DNA of 64,000 nucleotides, from positions 248,001 through 312,000 of the forward strand of contig JBLDXI010000015.1 in assembly GCA_047495785.1 (NCBI GenBank), read 5' to 3'. This document shows, one piece after another, positions 50,152 to 62,285 of this stretch. Under the pieces are notes generated by a model. The model saw only the letters and a list, made by a program, of their open reading frames with translations. It searched no databases and was not told where the DNA came from. The translations under genes were made by a program, and so were the position numbers. This DNA is from Lepidodermella squamata. Taxonomy: Eukaryota; Animalia; Gastrotricha. How positions within the stretch are numbered: position 1 is the stretch's first letter; every line of letters begins with the position of its first letter.

Positions 50152-52211
50152 TCAACTTTCGATGGCGAATCGTATGCCTAGAGCTAATTCTTCAGATCCG
50201 GGCGAAGCTTCGAGTCGTTTCAGCATCGCGGTGCTGCAATCATTGAGTTCACGCGATTCCATGTCGACGAGACTTTCAACATTGGAAACATCCCGCATGA
50301 CTTTCGGAGCTCTTGAGCCGTGCAGCTTATAGCACGTGATGGAAAAAGCTATTTCGACACGCTTTCGAGCTGCTTGTATGCTGGACAAGTCTTCAAAATT
50401 GCCTGCCCCTGCGAATCACAATAAAGCAATTTCACATCGTTAGTCTGGTAATCGGTATTTTACCTCGCAGAAACAGGCGACAAGTGAGGAGAGCTATTTC
50501 GATGAGGCTTGGGTTCCATTCACTCATGGCGGCAGATACTTTCTTCTCGGTACATTTGAGCGGCTGCAAAAAATAAGAACCCATATTTATCATTATTAAT
50601 AATAAATTTTGATAAAAGCTAGGTTCTAAAACATGGTGAAACCAACAAAACCCATTTTTGCCAAGGAAGTTAAGGTGTGGACTTCATCCCCATGTTGTGC
50701 AATCCAGTAGGCAAAAAACTGTAAACCCCAGTCCGAAAATTCAAATCGGAAAATGTCCCTCCCAACTCCCAATCTTGGAGTTCGAGTCGAAAGCGATTTT
50801 TCCTTTTTCTAGCATATAATATTACTAAAGCTTCCGGAAAATTGCGGAAGAAACTGGGCAGAAGACTGGAATTTGCTAAAAGACAGCCACTGATGCTTGG
50901 TAGAGAGGAGTATGCCAGTACAATGCTCTTCCAATTGCGCATTCCTAGAGACTGCACATCAGATTCGGTCAGCTCGAAACGCTCTGGAAAAATTCAAATA
51001 TTACTCCCGTTTTAAAAAGAGTGTTGTCCTTGATTTTGACGCCATACCTTGCATCTGGTGGCAAATAATTCGGCTCAGACGTAAGTAATCAATGATATGG
51101 TCAAAAAGAAGCTTTTTGATAAACTCTGAGTCGCAAAAGTCATCATCAACGTAGGTTTTCCTCAATGGCAACTATTAAACAAATAGACTATTTAAATGCA
51201 TCTAATGAAAATTTGCGTTCAAAATACGTGATCGAGGCCGTGTAGCAGCAGTTGAACGTCGATGGCTTTTTCCAACGTATTTTCAACAATGGAACCAGCC
51301 GACGAGGATGGGCCCATATCTATCTCCCCTTCCTGCACATCTTTCTTCCCAGGATGCCTCAGGAATTTACCTTTAGGGTAAGTAAAAATTACAAATGTAG
51401 CTAGGGCATGTGATCACTACGTTCAGGGTGCAATCATCGATCCTGGGGTGCCAGGAATGGAAAAATTGTTTTGCTGCTTTTGCCAAAATGAATAGTCATT
51501 TCAACTCAAAAGCGAGCGTAGAGCGTAGCGAGAAAATTGTGAAGATTGTTCCCTACAATCCGAAACGAGGGGGAATCAAATAAACTTTCAAGCCTGTTTC
51601 AAATGTATGGTTCAAATATTCAAATATATGCCTGTTTCAAAGCAGCTGCAGTGAGCAGCTCTGCCATGTTATATAAATTAGGAGTGGGAAATAGACTCCG
51701 AGTCAGGCCTGAGCAACGGTGCCGAGGTCACTAGCTATAAACTAGATATCAATGACATTTTTCGTCTTTCGATGACATAAATCCTGAAGGGCCACCCTAT
51801 TTCGTGTAAAACTATGCGTACGGTGGCTTTTCTTGAATTTGAAATGTCCTAATTGCCACGATTGAATAGGACATCTAATGATTTCCAGGCCCTGTGGGCT
51901 AAGCCTGGGGTGAGCTTACTTCTCATGCCAACCCGAATGCATCTGTCAAATCGGCATTTCTTGCACATGCTACGTCGCATATTCCTGTCGGGTGGCGGCT
52001 CGCCAGCACTTGCGTAAGTGTGGTTGCATTCCAGTAATTGCCAATGCTCGACGCTTCGCCTGAAGAACTTTTCACAAGCGGCACACGCTCGCGGTTGGTA
52101 ACTGGGCCGCTTCCTTGCTACAAGACCGCAAACTTTGCAACGGTGCGGCTTACCTGCCTTGTAACAAGCCCCGGCCGCATCTTTTCCATCACCAGCTCCA
52201 CAAGATGCCAT
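50152..52211 (-). CDS. Divergent nuclear receptor, paralogue 3 (6 exons: about 52211-51919, 51372-51229, 51174-51048, 50984-50827, 50565-50464, 50409-50152)
   Basis: CKVC..CAACEKFFRRS..CNH..CKKCRFDRCIRVGM; SSAGSIVENTLEKAIDVQLLLHGL; NWKSIVLAYSSLPS; WNPSLIEIALL; RKRVEIAFS. Confidence 0.8.
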
Positions 52212-53329
52212 TTTCAATGATAAAAATAACTGCTATCAAACAGGAAGAAAAAGCATTTCGCATCTCAGGTCTAAATGTAAGCCTGTCATGTTAAGGCAAC
52301 CGTGTCGTCAACATATTTTTCCAGGAACAATTTTCCTTTACATGTTTCACAATAAAGCCATCATCGATCATAAAGCGTTGTAAATGAAAAGTCTTGTCAC
52401 AAATGTACAGACCGTAACTTGTAGAATGTTGTATTAATGCTTTTTAACACGGACCGGGAGCTATTTGATATTTCAGCAAAAATACATCGCACAATGTGAG
52501 AAATATGATTATATGACTAGATACTACGGCGCATGTAATATCGATTTGTGTCCTGATGTCCTCAATGTTAACGCAGATTATACGGCTGAACTAACAACAG
52601 TGGATTTCATTAAGGTCCGCAGCTAAAACTGCAAATGAGACGAACATATTATCGGGGTAGTAAAGATAATTCTTTTAATCATGAAAGACAGCAGCATAGC
52701 CCTGTTGAATAACTTAGATTTAGGCTTGTTTATTTACGAGTGTTTTTATTTTTCACGCCTGTATGAACTATTTTTTACCGCATTTACTTTACCACGTATT
52801 TTCCATGTCCAGTTTTCTCTTCCCTTTCACTACGCTTTATGAGCCGATTTGACGCCAGCACCCAGCACTTTAACATTGAGATTCAGGTCGGACAATTTCA
52901 CCGTCAGAAAATATGTTACCGCTGAACGAACTCATAAACAAGCCAATATCCGAGTAATCCAACGACGCTAACGAAATGACGGTACACTTGACCTAAACAG
53001 TCACAATTCTGTGAATCAACTGTACAAATTTGTTTCCCACGGACCGAGAGTGGGTTTTAGCGAAACAGCTCTACTGTCATTATGATGTTATGATGGTTTG
53101 TGAGCATCCACGCTATCGAGAGTAATACTTCTCCGCGCGTAAAAAATTGCCACGTTCATACCCGGCCGAAAGTGCATTTTTCACGGTTTACTAATCTACT
53201 CATTGCGCTCTACAATAAGCTGAAAAACAAGTATGAAAATTCCTAAGAGGTCAAGCATCTAGTCCTCTGGGAAACTATTTTTCGACGGGTCAAGTTCATA
53301 GCATGGAGCCAACAGTCCAAAGAAAACAT

Positions 53330-53381
53330 GAAAGCATCATAAAATGCATCATAAAGCATCATAAAGCATCATAAATCATAA
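53330..53381. repeat. Short tandem repeat (aaagcatcat), about 4-5 copies
   Basis: Read directly. Confidence 0.7.
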
Positions 53382-54480
53382 AAATGAACATGAATTATTG
53401 GCGATTATTTCTTTCAATATGTAGCTCATATTGATATCGACATTAAATATTCATAGCGAATAGGAATGACAGTAAGCGCCGATAAGCGTACATTTTTGCT
53501 ATTAGTAAATGGCTTTGGTGCTTCATGAATAAGCTCAATATTTGCAAATAGCTTCATCATTAAGGAAATGAATTAATGAAAAATTTAAAATGAATAAAAA
53601 ATTGAAAATCCCAGCATTAACAATTTGTGGCATCAGAATCGAACCCGAGGCGCCTGCAAACCATGTTTACAACGCGGAAATCCCTACGCGTTCATTTTCA
53701 CACGTGGAACAAAAAGTATTGTGAAAGCACTAGGCAAGATAATATGACAGATTTGTTACGCCTAACAACACCTACTACCACGCCCACGATAGACATCGGG
53801 CTCGAATGTTTTCGACAGATTTTTGAAACCAAGAGCCGAACCATGGTCCCTGTCGGCGTACCGATGCCACTCCAGAGAGCAGTTATTGTATTGTATTTTA
53901 TTGTATTTTATTTTCCAAATTCATTCAAAAATAATTACAGAATTTAAGGTTAACAATCATTGAGGAAAATGGATTAGAATACAAAGGGCAAGTTCTGCCA
54001 CTTATAGTGCGTTCACAAACTACTTCGGAGACCGAACGCTTCGGAGAGCGAAGTGCAAACTTCGGAGAGAAATAGCAAAACTTCGGAGGCCTTATCAGTG
54101 GCATTTTCTACGCGCGCGCGCAGCGTGACGACCGAAGTTTCTATTGTTTGCGAACGAAGTTTGGCCGCGCGCTCTCACACCGCGTGATACATCTGGCGCG
54201 GGTTTGGTTCGAATTTGTACGTCCTATTTTTTCTCCATTTTTGCTCGAATCACGAAGAACATGGAAAAATCGAAATGTTCACATCACGAGCAACGCTAGC
54301 ATCTAAAATTTATTGAAATATTTCTCAATCAATATTTTTTCGAAAAACAGTACATGAAAAGCAGTACATAAATGGCGTCATTCAATTTTAGGCAAAACTA
54401 GGAAACCGCTCAACACAATTTTCGAAGAGAGAAACAGCAGTACAACGGTCGCAAAAATTTCAGCAATATTTCAAAGAGGA

Positions 54481-55855
54481 TCAATACTTCTTATTTATCA
54501 TTTTGCTCTGCCAATCAACCATGCCCGTCTCCGATTGAAACCACAACGTGAGATTTGATCGCAGCTGCTGACCATGTTCGAGGCCCTTCTTCCCGGTGTC
54601 GCGCACATTTTCAGGGATGAAACTCGGCAGCGCGCCCTAGCTCTGGATCTCTTCCCAGCTCTCCCACACCTCTCGATCACTGATTTGGTACGATGAGACT
54701 TCGGCCATTGCAAAGTTATGAAGAGCGGTGATCGCTAGAACTGCGTCCTCGGCCATCTCGGGCGACAGCTCCATAGTTTTGCGCAGCAGCCGAAATCGGG
54801 CCGATGCGATGCCAAAAGCATTTTCGACGACACGACGGCCGCGCGACAAACGGTAGTTGAAAGTATGCTTGTTGGCGGGTAAATTGCCGGTGGTTTGGCC
54901 CGGGTACGGAGAGAGTAGGTTCCAATCCAAGCCAAAGGCGGCATCAGCGGCGAAATAGTGATTCGCCTTGATGTGAGAGGGCGGAAGTGACATGACCTCG
55001 GTTGGAGTCGTTTGGTTGCAGTAATCTAGCAAACCGCTGTTTTTGAAGACGCCGCCGTCGCTGAAACGTCCGTGAGCGCCTACGTCCACCAGAATAAATC
55101 GGTACTTGGCGTCGACCACGGTCATCAACACAATAGAGTACGTGCCCTGAAAAAAACACGAAATTAATTCGTTATTTAGGATATAATTTTTTTTAGAAAT
55201 TTTTGGAATTTTTTTGGAAAAATTCGAAAATTCAAAAAAAAATAAAATTAATAAAATGAATTAAAATCCTTACCTTATAATTATAAAATTCACTTCCAGA
55301 TTTCTCAGGTCGATTGATAACGCAATGTTTGCCGTCGATTGCGCCGCAGCAAAATGGGAGATTCCAGTAAGCGCCGAATTCGGAGGCGTTTGCCCGCCAG
55401 GTATCCGCCGTTGGCGCTGGCATGTAAATTGGCAGTAGTGCTGTGGCGATGGCGCGGAGTGTTCGTTTTAAAATGGCATGCACGGTTGACTTGCCCATCC
55501 GGAAAGAGAATGAAAGGCTAGCCATAGTTTCGCCAGTCGCCAGGAATCGCAGGGTCAACGCCATTTTTTCCTCGATTGAAATGCCGTGACGACCCAGTGG
55601 CGAGGGCTTCGGTAATAATGGCCGAACCAGGCCAACCAGCTTGTTAAACGCCGCGATGTCGAGTCGGTAGTAGGCCTAAAATCGCTCGTTATCTTCGAGT
55701 AACTCGCGGTGTAAACTGTGAAAATGCCCTGCCATCGCCCGGGCTCGGTTGATAGGATGGATGCCGAAACGACGTGCGCATTTATTTTCTCGCTTTTTAC
55801 GGCGAAGGTGTAACACTAATGCGGCTAAAATCGCGCGCTTCTTCTTGCTGATCAT
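54481..55855 (-). pseudogene. Harbinger DDE transposase (HARBI1-like); exons 55855-55274 and 55146-54481; two in-frame TAG codons
   Basis: ALTLRFLATG, GAIDGKH, FYNYK|GTYSIVLM..VDA.YRF..VDVG..GR.SDGGVF, ADAAF, FNYRLSRGRRVVENAFG, LHNF, C-terminal R..L..WF...G.VDWQ. TAG at 55678-55676 and 54639-54637. Confidence 0.88.
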
Positions 55856-56117
55856 TATTAAAGCAGAAGTATTACAGAAGATTAGCGTAGGTCTGAGCAG
55901 ATTAATGATCCAGGGATTAAAAGGTAGCTGACGAGCTTGCGAGATTTGCGCCAACGTGCGCCATCTTGGGCGGCGCCCTTTGATCATTACTGACGGGCGT
56001 GTTCAGTGTGGCGCGGAATTTGCGGTATAAAACGCAATGCTCTGCTCACTAAGGTATCAGCAGCCTTTCAGTTCTCGTTATAATTATTCGAAGTTTTACG
56101 ATTTCACTCGCCTGAAA

Positions 56118-57219
56118 ATGATGAACGACATGCGTTACTACTACCCGCCAGCCAGCCAAAACAGCTTTGAAGACAGCCAGCCGCAATACCACAACATGAC
56201 GCCTCACTCGCAGCCAGCCCAAGCATGGCATTCAACGTCTCTGCCGCTCACTCCGGTACCGCAGTCGCAATCGACTCGCCCAGCTTCGTCGTCGTCGTTG
56301 TCGTCGTCATCCCGCATCTCAATCGATCAGCACCGCAACGAAGTTGACACAGCCATCATCGAGTACGTCCGGTGCAACCCGTGCCTTTGGCGCCCCCCCG
56401 ACGCCAAGTACTGCGATGTAGTGTTCAAAAACACCCATTGGGCCGCGCTGGCGACACGGTTGCCACTAAAACCCGCCACTGTTCAAACCGGTCCGCAGCC
56501 GTACTCCGCCCAAGAAGCCCGCGACATGTGGGATTCGCTTCGGGACAAATTTACGAAATGCCACAAGGCTTACATCGCGAGTGGCTCGGCTGCAGCTGAC
56601 AAGAAGAGCCGGTTTCCATATTACGACGCCATGACGTTCCTTGCTGACGTCATCGTGTACAAAAACAAGTAAGTTTGAAAAATCATGAATTTTGGTTTCA
56701 TAAATAAAATCATGTTTTTCTTCTAGAACAAAGGGAAATCTGCCCGCCGACTCCGCACCGGCATCTGTCTCCCGCCAAAGCAACGCCGCCGTCGCCGCCA
56801 CCACTGCCGCCGTCAATCGCGTTGACTCGTCTACCGCTGGCGACGACAACCTGCCGCATTTCGATCAAGCCGCCGCACAGCCGATCGATGACTCTCAAGG
56901 AGATGTTTTGCCGCCATCCGCTTCTCAGCCCAGTGCCGTATTGCCGGCCGAAAGCGCTACACCTGTCGCTACCAACGGCTACAAGAAGGCCAAGAAGCGG
57001 CGCAACGGTGACAACGGTGAGAACGAGGAAGACCCGACGCTGCGAGCCATTTTGCAGTCGCTGGAGCCTGATGACGTGCCAGATCGCCGCCGTTTCATAA
57101 ATGAACTGTTTTCTTCTATTCTTAATGCCTTAGAGCGTTCTAATTTGTCTGATCATGAAATTACGCACTTATACTTCGACATTAATGACGTCGTTCGCCG
57201 CAAACTTCTCGGTTATTGA
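56118..57219 (+). CDS. Harbinger ORF1 MADF/Myb-SANT-like DNA-binding protein; exons about 56118-56668 and 56727-57219
   Basis: IIEYVRCNPCLW..D.KY..KNTHW..LA..WDSLRDKF..FPYYDAMTFL (MADF). The gtaag...ttctag intron keeps the frame open to TGA at 57219. Confidence 0.85.
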
Positions 57220-58045
57220 CTGTTATTGGTATCTCTCGTTCGTTTTTTACTCTGTTCATTCACTCTGCTAATAATTGTTGTACTGCAGCAGTCTTGGGCA
57301 ATAAAGTAACTGCTTGTCAGACGAGCAACTCTATTGTTTTAAAACTTCGGTTCGGACGCACTTCGGAGGGTAGTTTTCAGGCTCTCCGAACCGAAGTGCT
57401 TTGATGAGTGCGCGCGCGCCGCTTCGGAGGGTCTATTGTTCAAACTTCGGGCAGCGCGGCCGAAGTGCGCGCGTTTGTGAACGAAAATCTAAACTTCGGG
57501 CAGCGATTACGCAACTTCGGAGGCCTGTTACGATTCTTCGGAGGCCGAAAACTTCGGACGCCTCTCCGAAGTAGTTTGTGAACGCACTATTACATGTACC
57601 TACATCTATCTGTCTTCGAAAAAAAATAAGCGAACAGAGAGATCCGAGATCAGAGAGATTGTATGCGATAAAAAGGAGATAAGGCTGGAATACAGCCAGC
57701 CATACTTGCTGCAGTCTGCCTATCATCACCCCGCATACCCGACGAAGCGACTAAAGTAGTCTTAATGAAGTAAATTTTAGAGTGCCCCAGATTTTCAAAA
57801 AACGCTGTTTATGAATTTATGTAAAATTAGAAGCTTTTCTAACATTTCCTTTTGGGTTCATGCAGTTCGAAGGTCAAGACACATTACTAAAGAAGGCTAA
57901 AAATGGCCTCCCGAAAGCCAGCCTTCGATAAAGTTCACCTCAAAAGTCTGCAGGTTTTCGTACATTTTAGGCCCTTTACCCAAAGCTATTTTTCCATTAA
58001 ATTATTAAAGTTCTAGAATTTTATTCTGAAATTTTATTTTGATAG

Positions 58046-59462
58046 ATGAAATCCTCGAAGTCAATTATACCATGCAAGGTTTGTGGGTGCCTTGTACCAC
58101 CTCGTACCTGTTATCAAACCCGAACCTGTGCGGCGTGTCAGAAATTTTTCCTGACGACGCAGAAGCGAGCCGAAATTTGCGATCGATTTAAAACCGTCGT
58201 CAACAGTGGGTTCAATAGTAGAACATACGCTGGATAGGGCAATTGATGTTCAACTGGTGCTTCACGGCCTCGAACAGGTACTCGAACAGGTACAGTTGCC
58301 AATGAGGAGTACCTATGTTGGGAATGGCCTTTGCGATTTTGGCTTTATTAAAAAGCTTACTTTCGATAACATGGCTGGCTTTCTTAGTCTCGGCCGGTTG
58401 TTTGGCAGCGTAATGATGGGTATGGCTTCTGAACTTTGACTAAACTGATTCTTTTTAATTTTGAATCATGAGACTGCTTCGGTTTGAGACAGTCTGATGT
58501 GAGGTTGCTGCTGGTTCGCAATTGGAAGGCCGTTGCAGTAGCCTACTCGTCTCTGCCGAGCACTAGTGGCCGGCTATTGGCCAATTCCAGCCTTCTACCC
58601 AGTATTCTCGACATTTATCCTGAAGTTCTGGTAAAGCTGAAAATTTTTAATTGAAACAGTTATCAGAAAATATAGTCGGGCTTCGGGCATACTTTGCTCA
58701 TGGGAAAAATGATTGCATTTTTTTCGATGCAGCTGCGCTGTCCGTCTTAGAATTTGATCATTTAAGAAATATTTAGTTTTATTCGGCTCGGGCCATCTCA
58801 AGCTATCTGGAATATTATTAATCATAATGAACAAATGAACAAATGAATGAACAAATGAAAATGTTTTATTTTACGTCCACTTTCGGCTAAAAGTGATGGT
58901 AATATAGATGAACAAGCCTTACCCGTGAGGGTTTAGGGGACGGCTGACGACGAGAGATCAGCTTCAGGAACAGTCGCCAACAATCTGCTTTTTCCCATGA
59001 ATTCATAATTTTCTATACTGTTACATAGTAGCTGCCATTCTTCCCGGTCTCTAGCTGTTACTTCCGCCAATTCTAAATCCGCAATTTTGTGAATTTCGAT
59101 GCGTCGCATCAATAAGGTTGATTTACGGGGTCGCCCTCGTTTTTTAGGTTCATTAGGATCTGATACGTTTTTCATGTATATAAAAAATTGCAATTTTTAG
59201 AAGGCTTCTTTTTAATCATAATTATTAAGCATATTAATTGACCACAAATTAACTCAATTATTTACGTTTTAGCCGGCCAAAGCTGCTGAACACCAAGTCT
59301 CAGAAGCCGTGAGCGAATGGAACCCAAGTCTCATCGAAATGGCTCTTGTCGCTGGTTATCACCGATTGTAGCGTCGCAGTTATGAAGAGACTCGAAGCCT
59401 CGGTTAGTAGCGAACAAAAGATTCTCGGCAGCATATTCACGCTCGGTGTTGACACAAATTGA
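58046..59462 (+). pseudogene. Nuclear-receptor pseudogene (paralogue 4) with internal deletions and a LINE insertion
   Basis: First zinc finger to CAACQKFF, second finger lost; GSIVEHTLDRAIDVQLVLHGLEQ; NWKAVAVAYSSLPS; WNPSLIEMAL joined by deletion to DCSVAVMKRLEAS. Confidence 0.75.
58829..59211 (-). mobile_element. 5'-truncated RTE-like LINE 3' end in an intron of the pseudogene
   Basis: KKRGRPRK...A.DREEWQLL resembles the RTE ORF2 C-terminus; (TTCA/TTTGTTCA)n tail; 11-bp TSD TTAATCATAAT at 58818-58828 and 59212-59222. Confidence 0.7.
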
Positions 59463-59826
59463 GGAGGCCGGTTACGCTGAGTTATGTATGCGAATGCGGA
59501 CATCACCGCTGCATAAACAGATGATATTGCTCTCATTTCGTCAGTTTTATTGTCCTCTCACAGTATACATAAATAAATTGACTGAAGGATCCCTCCTGTT
59601 GCTTTTTCGGACTTCGCATCGCGGTAGTATAACTTAGAAATAACATGGGCCGACAAAAGGTACGTCACAGCTACTGTTGAGCAATGGCAAACAAGCGCCG
59701 ACTTTTTTCATTTTTTTATAAATGTTCATACAAAAACTGAATGCAATTAATATGCAGTTGGATTCCTTGTACCTTACAAGTACAATGATTTCTGCTTTTT
59801 TAACGTGCTTTCACACTAATTTCCTG

Positions 59827-61669
59827 CTATTCGCCTTCGAGCGTTAGCCTGATGCCTACAGCTAAATCTTCAGAGCCCGACGTCGCTTCGAGTCGTTTTA
59901 AAATCGCAGCGCCGCTATCAGCCAGAGCTCGCGAAGCCAAGTCGACGAGATGTTCAACAGTGGAAATATCCTGCATGACTTCTGCCACTCTTAAGCCGTG
60001 CAGCTTGTAGCAAACCATGGCAAAAGCAATGTCGACACGCTTCCGCGCTGCTTGTATTCCAGTCAAGTCCTCACAATTGCCTGCAGCTGTTAATGACAAT
60101 AAATAATTAAATCATTTTTAGAAGGACAATCATTACTGCGGAGGAACAGTCGACAAGTGAGAAGAGCAAGTTCGATGAAGCTTGGATTCCATGTGCTCAT
60201 GGCTTCTGATAGTTTGCTTTCTGCAGCTTTGGCCGGCTGAAAAAGTCCCGGTCATTGTAAATTATACATTATACAACTTTCAAAAAAAGCCACGGTCGTT
60301 GGTCCTAAACTCAGTGTACGAAGTAGGATCCTCGAGCGGGAAGGTTTTTTCCGATTTAATTATTTTTCGGGTTTAATTATCGCTATTTCAATTTTCAATT
60401 TTGTTGTTGTCTCTACATTTCTATTGATCACTTGTCTGAGCTGTCCTCTTTCTGGGCGTTATGGCTCTTCAAATAAATAATATGAATTATTTGTTGAAAT
60501 ATTGCAATCTTTCCTTATTTTCTTACGGGAAAATTATAATTTCGACTTAAAAAATGCGCTAACTCTTCCTTTACAAAAATTGATGCACCACGTTATAAAA
60601 TTATTATGGATATTACTAAAACTTCAGGGAAATTGTGCAAGAAACTGGGTAGGAGACTGGAATTAGCAGTGAGACAGCCACTGACGCTTGGCATAGATGA
60701 GTAGGCCAGTACAACACTTTTCCAACGAACTTCCAGGCGCTTCACGTCAGATTCGGTAATTTTGAAACACTCTAATATATTATATTCAAGTTTTGACAAC
60801 AGTTCTTCGATCGTTTTGAAACCATACCTTGAATTTTGTCGCAAAACATTTGGCCGAGCCGTAGATAATCAACAATATGATCAAAAAAGAGCTTTTTAAT
60901 AATCTCAGAGTTGCAAAAGTTATCCGCGACGTAGGTTTTTCTCATCGGCATCTAAATTATAAAATAGGCTATTCAAAACGCAACATCAGCGTTTGAAATA
61001 CCTGTTCGAGGCCGTGAAGCAGCAATTGAACGTCGATTGCTCTTTCCAGCGTATCTTCCACAATCATACCAGCCGATGACGATAGGCCCATATCTATCGC
61101 CGGTTGTATCACGTCTTTTTTCGCAGGAGGCATCAGGAATTTGCCTGGCATAAATCATGAACAATTATGAATGTGGCTATAGTAGCCAATCAAACAAGGT
61201 TTCAAGTTTCAAGCAAATTTCCGTACCCTAAATTTTAAACGAGACTAAACAATTTAGCTAGCGACTAAACTAACCCCGTTAGACCAGGCCCAGTGCTGTG
61301 GGATCATCGCTACATTACGAAGATTGAACAACTAGCGACATTGTGTTTTCGCTAGTTGCGCGGCCTGCTGCCTGGTGTGAACTTACTTCTCATGCCAGCT
61401 CGAATGCACCTTTCGAATCGGCATTTCTTGCACATGCTACGCCGCATGTCCCTGGTGGTTATAAGCTCATCAGCACTTGCGCAATTGTGGTTGCATTCCA
61501 GTGATTGCCAATTCTCGACACTGCGTCTGAAGAACTTTTCACAAGCAGCACAAGCTCGCGGCTGGTAGCTGAGACGTTTCGTCGCTACAAGACCGCAAAC
61601 TTTGCAGAGGCGCTGAGACGGTTCCGTTACTTGAGAAAAAAACGTAGTATCAGCTTCAAAAGTTGTCAT
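59827..61669 (-). CDS. Divergent nuclear receptor, paralogue 5 (6 exons: about 61669-61389, 61144-61002, 60950-60828, 60772-60616, 60237-60138, 60087-59827)
   Basis: CKVC..CAACEKFFRRS..CNH..CKKCRFERCIRAGM; collinear with and closely similar to paralogue 3 in every exon. Confidence 0.8.
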
Positions 61670-61835
61670 GATGGCTTTCGAGGTTTTGAATTGAGAAATT
61701 GAATTGAGCCTAGAGAAGTAAAAAACAACGATTTCATATATTAGCGTTGGCTTGAGTTGATCGACAAGAAAAATCCATTGCGTTCAATACAGCGTTGTAT
61801 TTATTGGAACCTAATACAGTGTGACCTCCATAAAT

Positions 61836-62285
61836 CAGTGACTTTGATTTGATTTGATTTGATTTCTTCAGTAAATCACAGGTCTTGTTAAATCAATCTT
61901 TTCAAATCAAATCCCCCAAAAATCCATGGTAAATGGTAAATCAATCAAATCAAATCATCAGACCAGTCTAAATCAAATCAAATCAAATCTTCGCCCAGTG
62001 AAGTATGAGTATTAGGGTACATTTCTAGAGATTCTTTCACACTTTAAGGTTGTTTATGGCAGAATGAGTCTACAAGTAGTTGAATTGCTCCATACATTGG
62101 AAAACAGGTGTTTTCGAGGCAAATGTGGGTTCTCATGTTTAGCAACAGGGGGAGTTCCGAGAGTGTTGCATACTCTAAATCATCAGTAAATCATAGGGGC
62201 TAAATCATTTGCAAATCAAATCATCAAATAACGGCCTAAATCAAATCAAAAATCAAATCACAATCAAATCAAATCAAAGTCTCTG
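61836..62285. mobile_element. hAT-type MITE with (AAATC)n subterminal repeats
   Basis: TIR CAGTGACTTTGATTTGATTTG / CAAATCAAATCAAAGTCTCTG; 8-bp TSD CCATAAAT at 61828-61835 and 62286-62293. Confidence 0.85.

Larger units (their letters stand above)
54005..57589. mobile_element. Full-length PIF/Harbinger transposon (3585 bp) with divergently oriented transposase and MADF/Myb genes
   Basis: TIR TAGTGCGTTCACAAACTACTTCGGAG / CTCCGAAGTAGTTTGTGAACGCACTA; TTA TSD at 54002-54004 and 57590-57592; many subterminal ACTTCGG repeats. Confidence 0.93.

Noticed and set aside
54481-55855. Genome-wide TAG reassignment
   Set aside because: Host genes end at TAG at expected positions, and the host exons I translated contain no in-frame TAG.
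58933-59193. AT-hook protein gene (KKRGRPRK)
   Set aside because: Better explained as an RTE-like LINE C-terminus, given the simple-repeat tail and 11-bp TSD.
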